Shown piece by piece: positions 1 through 13,067 of a DNA stretch of 64,000 nucleotides. The stretch comes from Octopus vulgaris. Its lineage: Eukaryota. Location of the stretch: NCBI GenBank assembly GCA_951406725.2, contig OX597836.1, forward strand, positions 50,158,001-50,222,000, in the 5' to 3' direction. Every line of letters starts with the position of its first letter. Positions within the stretch are counted from its first letter, which is position 1. The notes under the pieces were generated by a model, which was not told the DNA's origin, did not search any database, and saw only the letters and a list, made by a program, of their open reading frames with translations. Position numbers and translations under genes: made by a program.

Positions 1-164
1 AAGCAGCACAAATTGACCCCAGGATTTAAGCCTTGCACTTATTTGGTTGGTTCCTTTTGCCAAACTGCTAAGTTATAGGAATGTAAACACACAAACATCG
101 GTTGTCAAGCAGTAACAGAGGGACAAATACAGACACACAGACACACACGTCTGTGTGTCTGTGT

Positions 165-655
165 ATAATATAAAAAATGGAGCACTTGAGCACAGCAAAA
201 CCCACTTTATTTACAAAACGGTCAATTTCATAATGCCTACATGCGTTTCAATATCTACATTCATATTTTGAATTTAGAAGGTAAAAATCTCATCAGGGCA
301 AAAATTGACATATTCATTTACCTAACATTATATCTATCAGGATGTAAATGAATTTGTCAGTTTTTGCCCTGAAGAGATTTTTACCTTCTAAATTCATAAT
401 GCAATTTTTAATTGTAAAATATGAATGAAAGTAGATAATGAAATGCGCATAGCCATTATGAAATTGACTATTATGTAAATAAAGTGGATTTTGCTGTGTT
501 CAAACCGTCCATTTTCTTTATATTATAGGATTAAAACTTCTGTACTCATATATCAAATAGATGAAAATATCTATAAATTAATCGATATAGAGATAAACCA
601 GTGGACACTTGTGATGTAAGATGTCCTTAGAAAGAGCAATTTCTTTCTATACAAA
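165..655. mobile_element. Penelope-like pseudo-LTR remnant arranged as an inverted repeat (arms ~165-322 and ~343-527)
   Basis: The arms are diverged reverse complements, each carries a hammerhead-like motif, and the element abuts (TA)n. Confidence 0.7.
221..309 (-). ncRNA. Type I hammerhead ribozyme-like motif
   Basis: Minus strand reads gtcaatttt-tgcc-CTGATGA-g...tt-GAAA-cgcatg-TA-ggca-ttatg-aaattgac. The core boxes are intact, stem I is tgcc/ggca plus gtcaattt/aaattgac, and stem III is near-palindromic. Confidence 0.65.
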
Positions 656-691
656 ACTATATATATATATGTATATATATATGTGGGTGTG

Positions 692-743
<52 letters not shown>

Positions 744-926
744 GCTTCTTTCAGTTTCTGTCTACCAAATCCACTCACAAGGCTTTGGTCTGCCTATAGT
801 AAAAGACGCTTACTCAAGGTGAACGCAGTGGGACTGAACCTGGAACCATGTGGTTGGGAAGCAAGCCTTTTCCACACAGCCATGATATGTATATGTATGT
901 GTGTGTGTGTATATATATATATATGC

Positions 927-974
<48 letters not shown>

Positions 975-1037
975 TTTTACTCTTTTACTATCTTACTTGT
1001 TTCAGTCATTTTTACTGTGGCCATGCTGGAGCACCGC

Positions 1038-1090
<53 letters not shown>

Positions 1091-1117
1091 TATACACATA
1101 TACATATATATATATCA

Positions 1118-1475
1118 TAATCATCATCATCATCATTTAACATCCACTTCCCATGCTGGCATGGGTTGGACGGTTCGACCGGGGTCTGGGAAGCCAGATT
1201 GCTGCATCAGGCTCCAATCTGATCTAGCAGAGTTTCTACAGCTGGATGTCCTTCCTAACACCAACCACTCCGAGAGTGTAGTGGGTGCTTTTACATGCCA
1301 CCGGCACAAAGGCCAATCAGGCGGTACTGGCAACGGCCACGCTCAAATGGTACTTTTTATGTGCCACCTGCACAGGAGCCAGCGGCACTGGCAATGACCT
1401 CGTCCAAATGGTGCTCTTAATATTCCACCAGCTCAGATGCCAGTCAGGCAGTGCTGTCATCATCAGCCACATCAG
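1118..1475 (-). mobile_element. RTE-type 3' UTR fragment with (GAT)n tail
   Basis: (CAT)n followed by catgctggcatgggttggacgg...ggatgtccttcctaacaccaaccactc. This is the same tail that follows the RTE ORF fragments at 5290-6135 and 51441-53191. Confidence 0.75.
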
Positions 1476-1476
1476 C

Positions 1477-1514
<38 letters not shown>

Positions 1515-1518
1515 CACT

Positions 1519-1550
<32 letters not shown>

Positions 1551-1831
1551 TCCAGACCCAGGGTTGTTTCAGGTATACTGCCTATTTATAATAATTAGTA
1601 AAATGCATACAAAATCAATTAATAGTAAATTATAATCAACTGTTATAATTTAGTCCTACCAGTATTTCTAATTATTTTTCTTACTTTTTTACTTTATTTT
1701 TTTATTTAATTAAATTTACTCATTTTATATATCTATCCCACGCCTTCCCCCCGCATATGTACCACTTAATATTGTAACTACTCCTTATTCTATTTCTAAA
1801 TTCCAGTCAGCCGAAAGTTTCACAGCGGGTC

Positions 1832-1969
1832 AGCATCAAGTGGCAAACACCTGACACAGAAGTCCTTGCATAGGCTGGATGCATAAGCACCCAGACACTC
1901 ATCGTATCTACTCAGACGCATTGGGCAAGCCACTTTGGGCACACGGAAGGCAACAGGCTTCCAAAGCCA
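1832..1969 (+). pseudogene. Decayed RTE-clade LINE ORF C-terminal fragment
   Basis: Manual translation SIKWQTPDTEVLA*AGCISTQTLIVSTQTHWASHFGHTEGNRLPKP resembles the RTE motif I.WQD..PDTEVL...LRWAGH..RM...RLPK. Confidence 0.65.
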
Positions 1970-2076
1970 GTCACGTGGCACTGGCATCGACCCGTCACTG
2001 GCTTCCCAAAATATACGCTATCCATATGGGATATTTATGTTCGACATTTTGAATTTGGTTGCGTGCCTGCATGAGT

Positions 2077-2337
2077 TCTTTGATTCAAAGAATTATTGTC
2101 TTTGAATAAAATGTAATATTTCTCTAACAAACAGAGATTGCATTTAAAATTTTTCTTGTGTGCCCCGTGCCTGTATGGTGCCACTCTATCTAGAATGCTC
2201 CATGACACGTTGAAAGGTGGGGCTTCTTTTTCTTTTAGTTCCCAGACATATTTTGCCAGGCTGGTCTTCTTCCTATTTTCTGGGTATCGAAATGAATTTT
2301 TGTGTGAATAAAATCGTGTTTTAAAAGAATTTTCCGA
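2077..2337 (-). pseudogene. Penelope-like GIY-YIG endonuclease C-terminal half (87 open codons, absent from ORF track)
   Basis: SENSFKTRFYSHKNSFRYPENRKKTSLAKYVWELKEKEAPPFNVSWSILDRVAPYRHGAHKKNFKCNLCLLEKYYILFKDNNSLNQR. The plus copy at 2340-2462 continues LNQRSELLNSCRYATKLKMSNINIPYG*. Confidence 0.85.
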
Positions 2338-2804
2338 AGTTAGAGAAATATTACATTTTATTCAAAGACAATAATTCTTTGAATCAAAGAAGCGAACTTT
2401 TGAACTCATGCAGGTACGCAACCAAATTAAAAATGTCGAACATAAATATCCCATATGGATAGTGTATATTTTGTCTTTTTGAATTTTTGATTCTTGGGCT
2501 AGTCTTTAATCACACCGATGGATTTGTTTCGCGCTATGCAGGTTTCATTCCACAGAGCAAAGTCTTGTGCATATATTTTGTTTATATTTTGTTTATATTT
2601 TGTTTATATTTCGACATATTCCTTAGGAACCTTTGACTTAGTTTATTTCATTTTATAATTTTATATTTTATATTGAACTCATTTTTGTTTATCGCTTGCA
2701 TATGACCGTTATTTGAAAGGACCAATCAAACAAGTCCATTTTTAAAGGTGAAACGTTTATACTAGTCTTGATAGAATTGTCATATCAGTTCTATTTTAAC
2801 AAAA

Positions 2805-2842
2805 CTGTCCGACAAACGGGAACGTGAAACTCCGAGTAACAG
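2805..2842 (+). ncRNA. Minimal hammerhead-like motif, variant core
   Basis: ctgt-CCGACAA-acg.ggaa.cgt-GAAA-ctccgag-TA-acag. All three stems pair, but the core differs from CUGANGA. Confidence 0.55.
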
Positions 2843-2980
2843 GTTTTGTTGAATTTCTGCTGCTTTTAAATAAAGTATATAAATATATATACATACAGAT
2901 TCATATATATATATATATATACAAACACACACACATGCATTTATAGATACATATATCTATATATCTATATCTATCTATCT

Positions 2981-3025
<45 letters not shown>

Positions 3026-4028
3026 TGAAACCTAAGATTTGTGTATATTTCTGCTTTCTTCCTTGTTTAACCCTAAGAAACAAATGTCTGTGTATGAGTG
3101 TATGCAGACATTGTGTGCATAAATCTCTGCAGACGTAAATGCAAGGTGGCTCCTTGCACTTCTGCATCTTGTAAAGAGCAGCAAAAATCCCCCCACACAC
3201 ACACACTCAATGCACACATGTGTGGAGGTGTGTAGCTATTCAACCCATGCCAAACTTATCTGCTTCTGTGCCAACCCCTGCTCCCAGCATCAAACCCTCA
3301 ACTCCTCTGGCACTTTTTATCGTAGACGTTTCTGTTATCACATCTCTTCTCTGCCCCCTCCCCCACCTCCTTCTCTTGCTCTTTCTTTTTTCTTCTTCTG
3401 GTGGAGGTGGTGGAGGTGGTGGTGATGCTAGGCTAGGCTTGAATGTGTATCTCTGGTGTGTGTCAGTATGTATTTTATACAAATCTAGATTATAATACAC
3501 ACACACACACACACGGGTGGGGGTTGGGTCGTAAGACCACACAAAAATGCAAAATGCAAAACAAAAAAGTACTCAATACCATTATATACACAAATATGTG
3601 TGTCTTTATTTATGTACATACATATACATATACATACATACCTATATACATACGTACACACACACACACACACATACATATATACATATAAATATATATA
3701 ATAATCATAATTTCTTAAGTTACGAGAAGATGGCTTTGGTGATAATCTTTATTTGGCACAATGGTCGTTTTCACCCATTCTGCTGTGGATGGGACTTTGT
3801 TCAACCTGTTTGTTTTGCATCAGTTTTGCAGTCTGGGTCTCATCAGGTACATCCCTACATAAAGGTTTGTGTCTCACTAAAGATCCTGAGTTTTGGCTGT
3901 CGTTGTTATATTGTTGTGTGGTTAGGGAATGGACACTGTGCCTGTGCTCCACTCAACACTTCAACAAACTAACTGACATCAACCCATTAATCCAAAATAT
4001 TGAATAGAAATACATATATATATATATA

Positions 4029-5053
4029 CTAGCATTAAAGACACGTTGTTGCTGGGTCATAGTGCTAGTGCATGTATATATGTGTGTATATATATGTGTA
4101 CATATTACATGTACATCTATATATATACATCTACACATAAAATGCAAAATACAAAGTTATATCTTCATATCACTAGTGATAACAATACTCAAAATATATA
4201 ACAGACTGGAATTGTTAGCCCGTCTCTTGTAAATTCGATCAATTGTATCTTGTCCTCCCTCTTCTATAGAAGTGTGGCTACAATCCAGCCTACTTCTGGG
4301 GGGACATTTAAAATTTTTATCCGGGACGTCCTACATCCCAGATATAAAGGTAAAAATAAAATATTTCCACTTTGCAAGTTCGAGTCGAGTACTCCCTTGC
4401 ACGCTCCGTTGACTCGAACCTTGCTTCTATTGTGGCGAATTTACCGCCTCTGATTAGATACCTTTCATAGTCGCACCAAGACACTTTTCGAAGGTGCTTT
4501 TCTCCATGTGTTCAAATCTTCTTTTTTCTCTACATTGTATACTTTATAGACAATAGTCTTTTCTTTAATTTAATTTTTTATTATCCATCTGGACTATTCC
4601 ATTTCTGCACGCTAATTTTATTTTTAATTTATTCCCATTCATGTGAAACCACTTATTCAAGTTCAAATCATTGATGCAATTTTATACCAATTGCTATTTT
4701 TACTTTTGTTATGTTACGGTTATATTATACTTTAGTTTGATTTTAATTATTACTTACTACATATAATTCAATTGTTATTATTATTTTTATTGTTAAAGTG
4801 AAAGTATCTGATATAAAATAGAGAAACGTTTTTGTTTCACTTTTAACACGTAATACTGAAATAGTGGAGAAGATATGATATTGCTATGGGCTCGCTCTAG
4901 GCAAGAAGTTGAACATTTTTTTTGCCCATGAAACTACATGGACCCTAAGTAAAGCATGTGTAAAATTTGAATGAAATTGGTTGTGTAGTTCTCAAGTTTT
5001 AGGGAAACACACAGACAGACAGACAGACACACATTCTCAGTTTTATATATAGA
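4029..5053 (-). mobile_element. Non-autonomous Helitron-like element
   Basis: Minus strand begins TCTATATATAAAACTGAGAATG with (TCTG)n and ends in CTAG, preceded by a decayed GC-rich hairpin. A second copy lies at 41237-41554. Confidence 0.7.
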
Positions 5054-5064
5054 GAGATATATAG

Positions 5065-5230
5065 TTAATCCAAACAAGAAAGCACAAAAAAACACAACAA
5101 CGCGAGGACGTGGAACAAATATAGTATTATTGGACGCTCAGGAAAGAAGGAAAGAAGGAGGGTTTAACGTTTCGAGCGGAGCTCTTTGTCGGAAACATAG
5201 GAGAAGGAAAGATCCAGAGAAGGGAAGACA
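5065..5230 (-). mobile_element. Penelope-like pseudo-LTR fragment with hammerhead-like motif at 5162-5196
   Basis: Minus strand gttt-CCGACAA-a-gagc.tcc.gctc-GAAA-cgtt-aaac. Related to 6211-6425 and 59652-59828. Confidence 0.6.
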
Positions 5231-5231
5231 T

Positions 5232-5287
<56 letters not shown>

Positions 5288-5289
5288 CT

Positions 5290-6131
5290 CCTACCCCTAC
5301 TGGCACCTCTCCCTCAGAGCAAAAGGTAGATTATATGATGCATGTGTGCAACACTTCACGGTAATGAAACATGGGCTGTGACTGCAGAAGACATGCGTAG
5401 ACTTGAAAGAAATGAAGCTAGCATGATCCGCTGGATGTGTAGTGTCAGTGTGCACGCAAAACAGAGTGTAAGTATCCTGAGAGAAATGCTGGATATAAGA
5501 AGCATCAGATGTGGTGTGCAAGAGCGACGCTTGCGATGGTATGGTCATGTGCTGCGGATGGATGAAGAGAGATGTGTGAAGAAGTGCCACTCCCAAACAG
5601 TTGAAGGTATCAGGGGAGAGGTAGACCCAGGAAGACATGGGATGAGGTGGTCAAGCATGACCTCAGAGCATTGGGCCTCACTGAGGCAATGGCGAAGGAC
5701 CGAGATCTCTGGAGATATGCTGTGATATGCTTTCTGCAGCAATTCCACATACCCCCTACCCATTCTAAGTACCCCCCTACCCATTCTAAGTACCCCGGAT
5801 CCCCAAAGTACCCGGATCCCCAAAGTACCCTGGATCCCCAAAATACCCCAATCCCCAAAGTACCCCGGACCTCGTTGCCCCCGTGCCGCTGACACGTTAA
5901 AATGCTCGAATCCGATCGTGACGATGCCGGACCCTCCGGCCCCTGTGCAGGTGGCACGTAAAAGCACCCAATCCACTCACGGAGTGGTTGGCGTTAGGAA
6001 GGGCATCCAGCCGTAGAAACTCTGCCAGATTCAGACTGGAGCCTGGAGCGGCCCTGGCTTCCCAGACCCGGTCAAACCGTCCAACCCGTGCTAGCGCGGA
6101 AAGCGGACGTTAACGATGATGATGATGATGA

Positions 6132-6135
<4 letters not shown>
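5290..6135 (+). mobile_element. RTE-clade LINE, 5'-truncated (ORF C-terminus, 3' UTR, (GAT)n tail)
   Basis: ORF 5342-5725 contains ETWAVTAEDMRRLERNEASMIRWMC...RRLRWYGHVLRMDE. Same family as 51441-53191. Confidence 0.9.
5747..5870 (+). repeat. Minisatellite within RTE 3' UTR (2 x ~21 bp, then ~4-5 x 17-18 bp ccccggatccccaaagta)
   Basis: Direct inspection of the tandem units. Confidence 0.85.
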
Positions 6136-6198
<63 letters not shown>

Positions 6199-6210
6199 TA
6201 TATATATATA

Positions 6211-6425
6211 GTAAATAAAAAAAACAAAGAACAAACACAAAAGAACAACAATGTGAGGATGTGGTACATGTAAAGTATTAGCAGACATGCAGGGAAGGGA
6301 AGAAAGGAGGTTTTTACATTTCGAGCAGACGCTCTTCTTCAGAAACAGAGGAAAGTCCAATAGAAAAGGAAGACGGAGGGAAAAAAAAAATCGCCAATGA
6401 TTCAAATGTGGTTACATTTTGAAAT
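6211..6425 (-). mobile_element. Penelope-like pseudo-LTR fragment with hammerhead-like motif at 6310-6346
   Basis: Minus strand gttt-CTGAAGA-a-gagc.gtct.gctc-GAAA-tg-TA-aaaac, with canonical core boxes. Confidence 0.65.
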
Positions 6426-6671
6426 GTATATAGTATATTTTCTAGAGATAGAATTATCTCTATGAACAGGTCACACTGAAGCGGGCTGTGTGACTGAGCC
6501 ATAGAAAAATAGAGAAATACTAAAGAGAGACAAAGGATAAGTTATTGAAATATATTCAGTTTTAAAATCATATGTACCAGATTCTTTTTATTTGTTTCAG
6601 TCATTTGACAGTGGCTATGCTGGAGCACTGCCTTTTATCGAGGGAGGACAAACACAGATGCACAAACATAT

Positions 6672-6712
<41 letters not shown>

Positions 6713-7561
6713 CATATATACATGTGTATATATATATATATATATATATACATACGATATAGTGTATATTTAAACACATAAGGAATCCACTTAATGTTAA
6801 TCATCATGCAGTTAATATTTATTTTGTCATTTTTTAGTCAACTAAAATCAACAATTTCTGATTTTCATGAAATATAGTTTTAGCTCTTCTCCCTCTTCCA
6901 CTCTCCCTTTCCCTCTCTTTCTGTCTCTCTCTCCCTCTCTCTCTTTCTCTCTCTCACTCATCGTTTTATTTATTTCATTTTTTGTTTAATTATTTATTAC
7001 AATTTAACCCCACAAACCTACTTGCAGACACCCAGACACCCCCAAATGTAATTCAGTCACTAAATACATTTGCCCAGTAAAATTCATTTAAATCCATTTA
7101 AAACACAATTTGAAAATCATTTCCCTTGTGAGTTTTCCTTATTGTTTATTTATATTTAATCTGGTGATTTTCGTCAAATCTATTCTCTGCCTCTTCTGTA
7201 TGCTATTGTGAATAAACTCAAACCCATGAGATTCCTTAACAGTTTTGCAGAAGACAACCAAAGTTGCAATCGTAAACTTGTATGGAATTGTACTCATTCT
7301 GGGTCTGTTACTGGACAAGTCACACATTGAACACATGTTTATTTTTTGAAAATACATCTAAGTCCAGATGTAGCTGTGTGGTAAGAAGTTTGCTTCCCAA
7401 CTAAGTGGTACCAGGTTCAGTTCTAATGTGTGGCGCTTTGGGCAAGTATCTTCAAGCCCAGGGATGACCAGAGCTTAGTGAATGGATTTGGTAGACAGAA
7501 ACTGAAAGAAGCCTGTCATATGTGTATGGTATGGAATATCTAAATGTGTGAAGAAAGTTCT

Positions 7562-7823
7562 CAGAGGTTCTCAGCCATTTTTACCTCTGCACCCCTTTGA
7601 TTCTGATTCTGCCCGGGTGGACCCTTGTCTCCATTCAATGTTTATAAAAAATCCTATTATATTTTTCATAATTAAATATTAATAGTAATTGACTAAAAAA
7701 TTGTTAAAATATGTTTTGTATAGTAGGAGTATGACCAACTTATTGTAGGTAAACTCTAACAGCAAAGTTTTATATAGACTTATCCCCCAAGGGGTCATAC
7801 AGACCCCCAGTTGAGAATAACTG
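7562..7823. mobile_element. hAT-like MITE
   Basis: Ends cagaggttctcagcc / agttgagaataactg resemble CAGTGGTTCTCAAC-type TIRs. A related copy is at 58727-59007. No TSD is visible. Confidence 0.55.
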
Positions 7824-8564
7824 CTCTGCATGGTGTCTCCAAATGATAAAACAAAACGATTAAATTTCTCTCGAGCATCTCTTGTTGTCACACTCCTGTG
7901 ACCGCATCAGTGGTCCTTTGTTTGTGTCTCTCCTTACTAACCGTCAGCCATTTTGCATCTCTTGTTGTGTTTTGCTTCTATGTTTGCCTGAACCAACAAG
8001 CGAGGCCTCCACTTGTTAGCTCGACACATGTTTATTTAGCAGTCAGTTCTTCCTCAAACCCCATCCTTCTGTCTCATATTACTATAATCAGACATCACTA
8101 AGACATTTATTAAAGGGTCACCTACCCAGTTGTCATGGTGTGTTAAGGGACAGAGATTACATCTTCCCCTCAACTGGATGCCAGTCCATCGTAGGGTTAC
8201 TTATTTAGAAGGGAACTGATCGAAGCAAGATGAAATGAAGAGTTTTGCTCAAGGGCACAACACACTGTGCTTCCCAGAGCAGGAATTGAAACTGCCGTCT
8301 TACAATCATGAGTGCAACACCCTGACCACTGAGGCACATGTCTTCCCTCTTACCAGCTTCCCTCATTATGAAATGTAAATGTTGCTGCTTGACTGCAGTC
8401 GTTTTGGTCATTAAGCAAAAGGGAGAAAAATAAAATGCTTTCCTTGATGAGACGCTCGTCTGTCTCAGATACAAATTCCTGACAACCTCTGAAGGACTGA
8501 GCCTCATAAAAACTATGGGCTGAATTGATGTGTTATTACACAGCATTGTCATCATCATAATAAC

Positions 8565-8953
8565 CCTTTCTACTATAAGCACAAGGCCAGAAATTTTGGA
8601 GAGAAGGGACTAGTCGATTACATTGACCCCAGTATTTCACTGGTATCAACCCTGAAAGGATGAAAGGAAAAGTCAACTTCGGCAGAATTTGAACTCAGAA
8701 TGTAGTGGCAGATGAAATACCTATTTCTTTACTACCCACAGGGGGCTAAACACAGAGAGGACAAACAAGGACAGACTAATGGATTAAGTCAATTATATCG
8801 ACCCCAGTGCATAACTGGTACTTATTTAATGAACCCCGAAAGGATGAAAGGCAAAGTCGACCTCGGTGGAATTTGAACTCAGAACGTAATGGCAGACAAA
8901 ATACCACTAAGCATTTCACCTAACATGCTAATGATTCTGCCAGCTCACTGCCT
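8565..8953 (-). mobile_element. Two adjacent tRNA-headed SINEs, family B (Nin-domain-like core)
   Basis: accccgaaaggatgaaaggcaaagtcgacctcgg..gaatttgaactcag, whose reverse complement GCCTTTCATCCTTTCGGGGT follows a B-box-like GAGTTCAAATTCC. Further copies near 9200, 15475, 30195, 36125, 54443, 57680 and 60055. Confidence 0.8.
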
Positions 8954-8954
8954 T

Positions 8955-9138
8955 ACTAACACTACTAATAATAATAATACTACCACTACTACTACTACTA
9001 CTACTAATAATAATAATAATAATACTACCACTACTACTACTACTACTAATAATAATAATAATACTACCACTACTACTACTACTACTACTAATAATAATAA
9101 TAATACTACCACTACTACTACTACTAATAATAATAATA

Positions 9139-9200
<62 letters not shown>
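8955..9200 (+). repeat. Compound (ACT)n/(AAT)n microsatellite with ~36-42 bp higher-order unit
   Basis: Repeating actaccactact...aataat blocks. Confidence 0.95.
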
Positions 9201-9201
<1 letters not shown>

Positions 9202-12200
9202 GTTTCAAAGTTTGGTACAAGGCCAGCAAGTTTGGGGGAAGGGATTGATTACATCACCCCCACCCCCACCCGTACTTAACTGGTCCTTATTTTATTAGCC
9301 CCAAAAGCAAAGCTGACCTTGGCAATAAAGTGCTGGAAGAAATGTTGCTAAGCATTTTTCCTGGCACTCTAATGATTCTGTCAGATCAGAATTTTCCAGT
9401 CTATGGATTCCAAAATGGCATCTGGCCTCAAAACACTGTTTTCCATATTGTCTGACTGTTGGCAGCATGGAAAATCAGATAAAATAGATTCTGATGAAAT
9501 TTAATAAGATTTAAGGAAATAAATAAAAAATAAAAAGAAGAAGCGAATAAAAGAAGAAGAGCCAAAGGTCACTGGCAAATAAAGATGGCTTTGTTAGAGG
9601 TGTCTATGTAATTCTGGGTAGATATGGACACCCAGTCAGTTCTTCCACCCTTTGACCCAGCAGCACATCCAGGATGTGACAAATGGATGGAGAGATGATG
9701 GCACCATCACTCAGCTGAGTAGCCTTGTACAAGATGAAATGAAGTGCCTTGTTCAAGGACACAACAAACCACCCAGTCCCAGAATTGAACTGGTGACATT
9801 ATGATCATAAATCACACACTCTAACCACTGGGCCCTACCTTCATTCACAATGGATTATAGAAAGCCTTAATGTTGTGAAAGTGTGTTGTAATGGTGTCTA
9901 ACAAATTTCAATGGGATCTAGTATTCGATAAGGATGTATATAACCGGCCCTTAATGTGGTCAATGTATGTTAGAGATCAGGTGGCGGGGGGAGGGGGCAG
10001 TGTATTACTGCGTTCAGCATCTGCTGTCAGTATATTCCTGGGTCCCAGTCAGTCCCCATTTCCATGTGATGCTTACGCATCTGTTCTGACCATGTGGCAT
10101 GTGGTCAACCAACATAAGCTGTCAACCCAGCTGGATCCTCAGGGAAAAGAACATAGTAAGAAGGGTCTGACATGGAAAATCAAGCAACGTGGCCAAGACA
10201 ACAGAGGGTAACAAGTTCTCATGTGGAATATTAGAGTTTAACCATTGATGCCATGATGTAATAGAATGGTGTGTATATGAAGTTATACAAGGCGACAACA
10301 TGGTGTATAATTGAGTATCAAAAATACTTGTAACAGTTAAAACGTTTTGATCGTTGGTTTGCCTTGTTAAGGCTGGCCTGGGGCTAAACAACAACAGGGG
10401 TATTTTGTGGTCATTAAGTGTAAAGGTCTACCCACAAGATGTTGATGGAATTAGGGTCCACTTTTAACTCTAATTTCAACTCAACATTATATAATATCAT
10501 AAAATGGAGACCCAAGGAGTCCCTCGAAAGTAGCAGGATCTACAAAAAATAGCAGCCATATCTCCCTGAAATCATTCCTATTTCTGGCATATGGACATCA
10601 TCATTACATGTGTGTGTGTATGAGCATGTATGTCTTTGTATTTGTGTTTGTCCTCACCACCACCACCACTGCTTGTGTTGGTTTGTTGACATCTTCATAA
10701 TTTAATGGCTTGACAAAAGACTGATAGAATAAATACAAGACTTTAAAAAAAAAAGTAATGAGGTTGATTTCTTTGACTAAATCCTTGAAGACAGTGCTCC
10801 AGCATGGTCGCAATCCAGTAACAGAAGAACACTCTTAGGACTCTGTCACATTGATTGATTGATTCTAGTTTCAGCTCACGAGCTGTGGCCATGCTGGGGC
10901 ACCGCCATTGCTGTCGATGAATGAAGAATAAATTTCTTATTTGTCCTAAATTCCTCCCAATTCTTGGTTATTTTTTCACAATTGCCAACAATGTCTATCA
11001 ATAGAGATTTGGTGCTGAAAGGGTTCGGAAAGTGTACGAAAGTCTAAAAGATGTAGGCTGAGACCGTAAAAGTAGTTGAGGGCCCACCCATGAAATAAAA
11101 TCCACAAATTTCTTAGATGGTTTCCTAAAAGTAGAAGATAATTTTTGTTATCTGGGTGACCTAATTAGTCAGGAGTTGAGGGTGGATGGGGTTGTAACCG
11201 GTAGAGCCGTTGCAGAGGCAGCAGCGGCAGCTTGAGGAAGGAAGAAGTGGAAGATACCCGTGGAGATGGCGACGACGGTGTTAACAAAGAATTTCAGGAG
11301 CCAATAACAGGAGTCTCTATGTGGTCGGAAGAACTGCTTAAAATAGCAGCTAAATTACCCTCTTAACAAAGAAAAGGAGACAGTGGATAATGAAGCACAA
11401 GATCTACAGAAATAGAAATACTTTGAAAGGTTATGGCCGAGGGCTAAACAACAACAATAAAGGACTCTTTCTCAGTCTCTCTCTCTCTTTCTCTCTCTGT
11501 CTCTGTCTCTCTCTCACTCTATCTATCTCCTTCTATCTCACTCTCTCTCACTCTATCTATCTCATTCTATCTCTCTTTCTCTCTCTCTCACTCTATCTAT
11601 CTCCTTCTATCTCACTCTCTCTCTCTGTCTCTCTGTCTCTCTCTCTCTCTCTGTCTCTCTCTCTCTCTCTCTCACTCTATCTATCTCATTCTATCTCACT
11701 CTCTCTCCCACTCTATCTATCTCGTTCTCTCTCTCTCACTCTTTCCAGTCTGTATGGTACCCCAGGGCAACTGACATATAATGTTGTTGTTGTTGCTTCA
11801 CCCCACCCCCACCCCATCTGCAAGTGTTGCTGCTCCAGCTGACCTGTCATGAAAAATGTTCCATCTGTAACAGTTTCTGTTTTCTATTCAGGCTTTGTAT
11901 ATCTAGGACTACATAATCCAATGTATCCTTCACATTTTAAGACAATCATGATTTGAAGGGCATTTGGTTGCTGTTCCTAACATGACCATCAATCACAAAA
12001 AGGTACTCTCATTAGCTCGTAAGTCCTTGTTGTTGTTTAACCCCAAACCAGCAATGTTTGAACAGACCTGTAACCAAAGACATTCTAGTTGTGACCACCC
12101 TGTCTTTTTAGAGATATATAGCTCTATATTATCTAGTACATTGCGTCTTCTCCCCTGTATGGTAGGATGTAATTTGAGGGAGATTTAAGTTGTCATTTCT

Positions 12201-12413
12201 AGTGAGTCAAGCTACCATGAAAGTTGCTTTATGTATTGTCTTAGTATAGAATGTCTGCTGGGGCTGAAGAGAAACAAGTTAAACATAATCTTTGAAATAT
12301 GTAACATAAAATTGTGTTAATTTACATATTGGATTGGCACCAATCGGATCATTTTTGGAGGAATTCTTAGTATTCAATACCTGACATAGTTAATCTATAT
12401 ACATACTCTTGTT

Positions 12414-12490
<77 letters not shown>

Positions 12491-13024
12491 GTTGTATGCT
12501 CAAAACGAGGAGTAGATAGACAGCTGACAACTGATGAAGGGTCCTTTCTCTGTGTTAGCTTGTCCTGTTTTCCATTTTTTTCTTGTTTACATATTTCATG
12601 AGATTTGCACTGTTGGGGACATCTTGTACCCATATATGCATATATATATATATATAGAAGAAATGAGGTACTCAGAAATTCGGATGTTTTTATATTTACA
12701 GATATTTATTTGTATATTACATGTTTTTATACATCATATAACGTAGATCATGTATTAGCACTTTCTCCCATTCTAGTGGGGTTTTCAAATCGAACTAGGT
12801 CCCTGTGAAAAAAGTTTTGACCATTTTATAGTGTTATTGAGTGTGTAGCGGTGGGGAGGGATATAAGATAGTACAAGAGGGTGGTGAATGGGGAGAAAGT
12901 GAGAGAGAGCATGTGTGTGTGTGTGCTTTTTTGTATCTGGAGGGAGTGTTAGAAAAGAAGAAGAAAAGGAAGGAAGGGGAGGGAAAGTAGACCATAAATT
13001 ATATTTCCTTTCTATCATTGTGAG

Positions 13025-13067
<43 letters not shown>

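Larger units (their letters stand above)
1..883 (-). mobile_element. tRNA-headed SINE family A (internal microsatellite), split by an insertion: 3' part ~1-150, head ~742-883
   Basis: Both parts match the full copy at 61167-61640 (ggcttctttcagttt...ccacacagcc; ctgctaagtt...gtaaacac...ggttgtcaagc). They are separated by the palindrome at 165-527 and (TA)n. Confidence 0.75.
2008..2880. mobile_element. Penelope-like retroelement 3' remnant with inverted segment (minus 2008-2338, plus 2339-2880)
   Basis: ~120 bp inverted arms at 2008-2128 and 2339-2472. GIY-YIG C-terminal peptide occurs on both strands, followed by a 3' UTR, a hammerhead-like motif at 2805-2842 and AATAAA near 2868. Confidence 0.85.
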
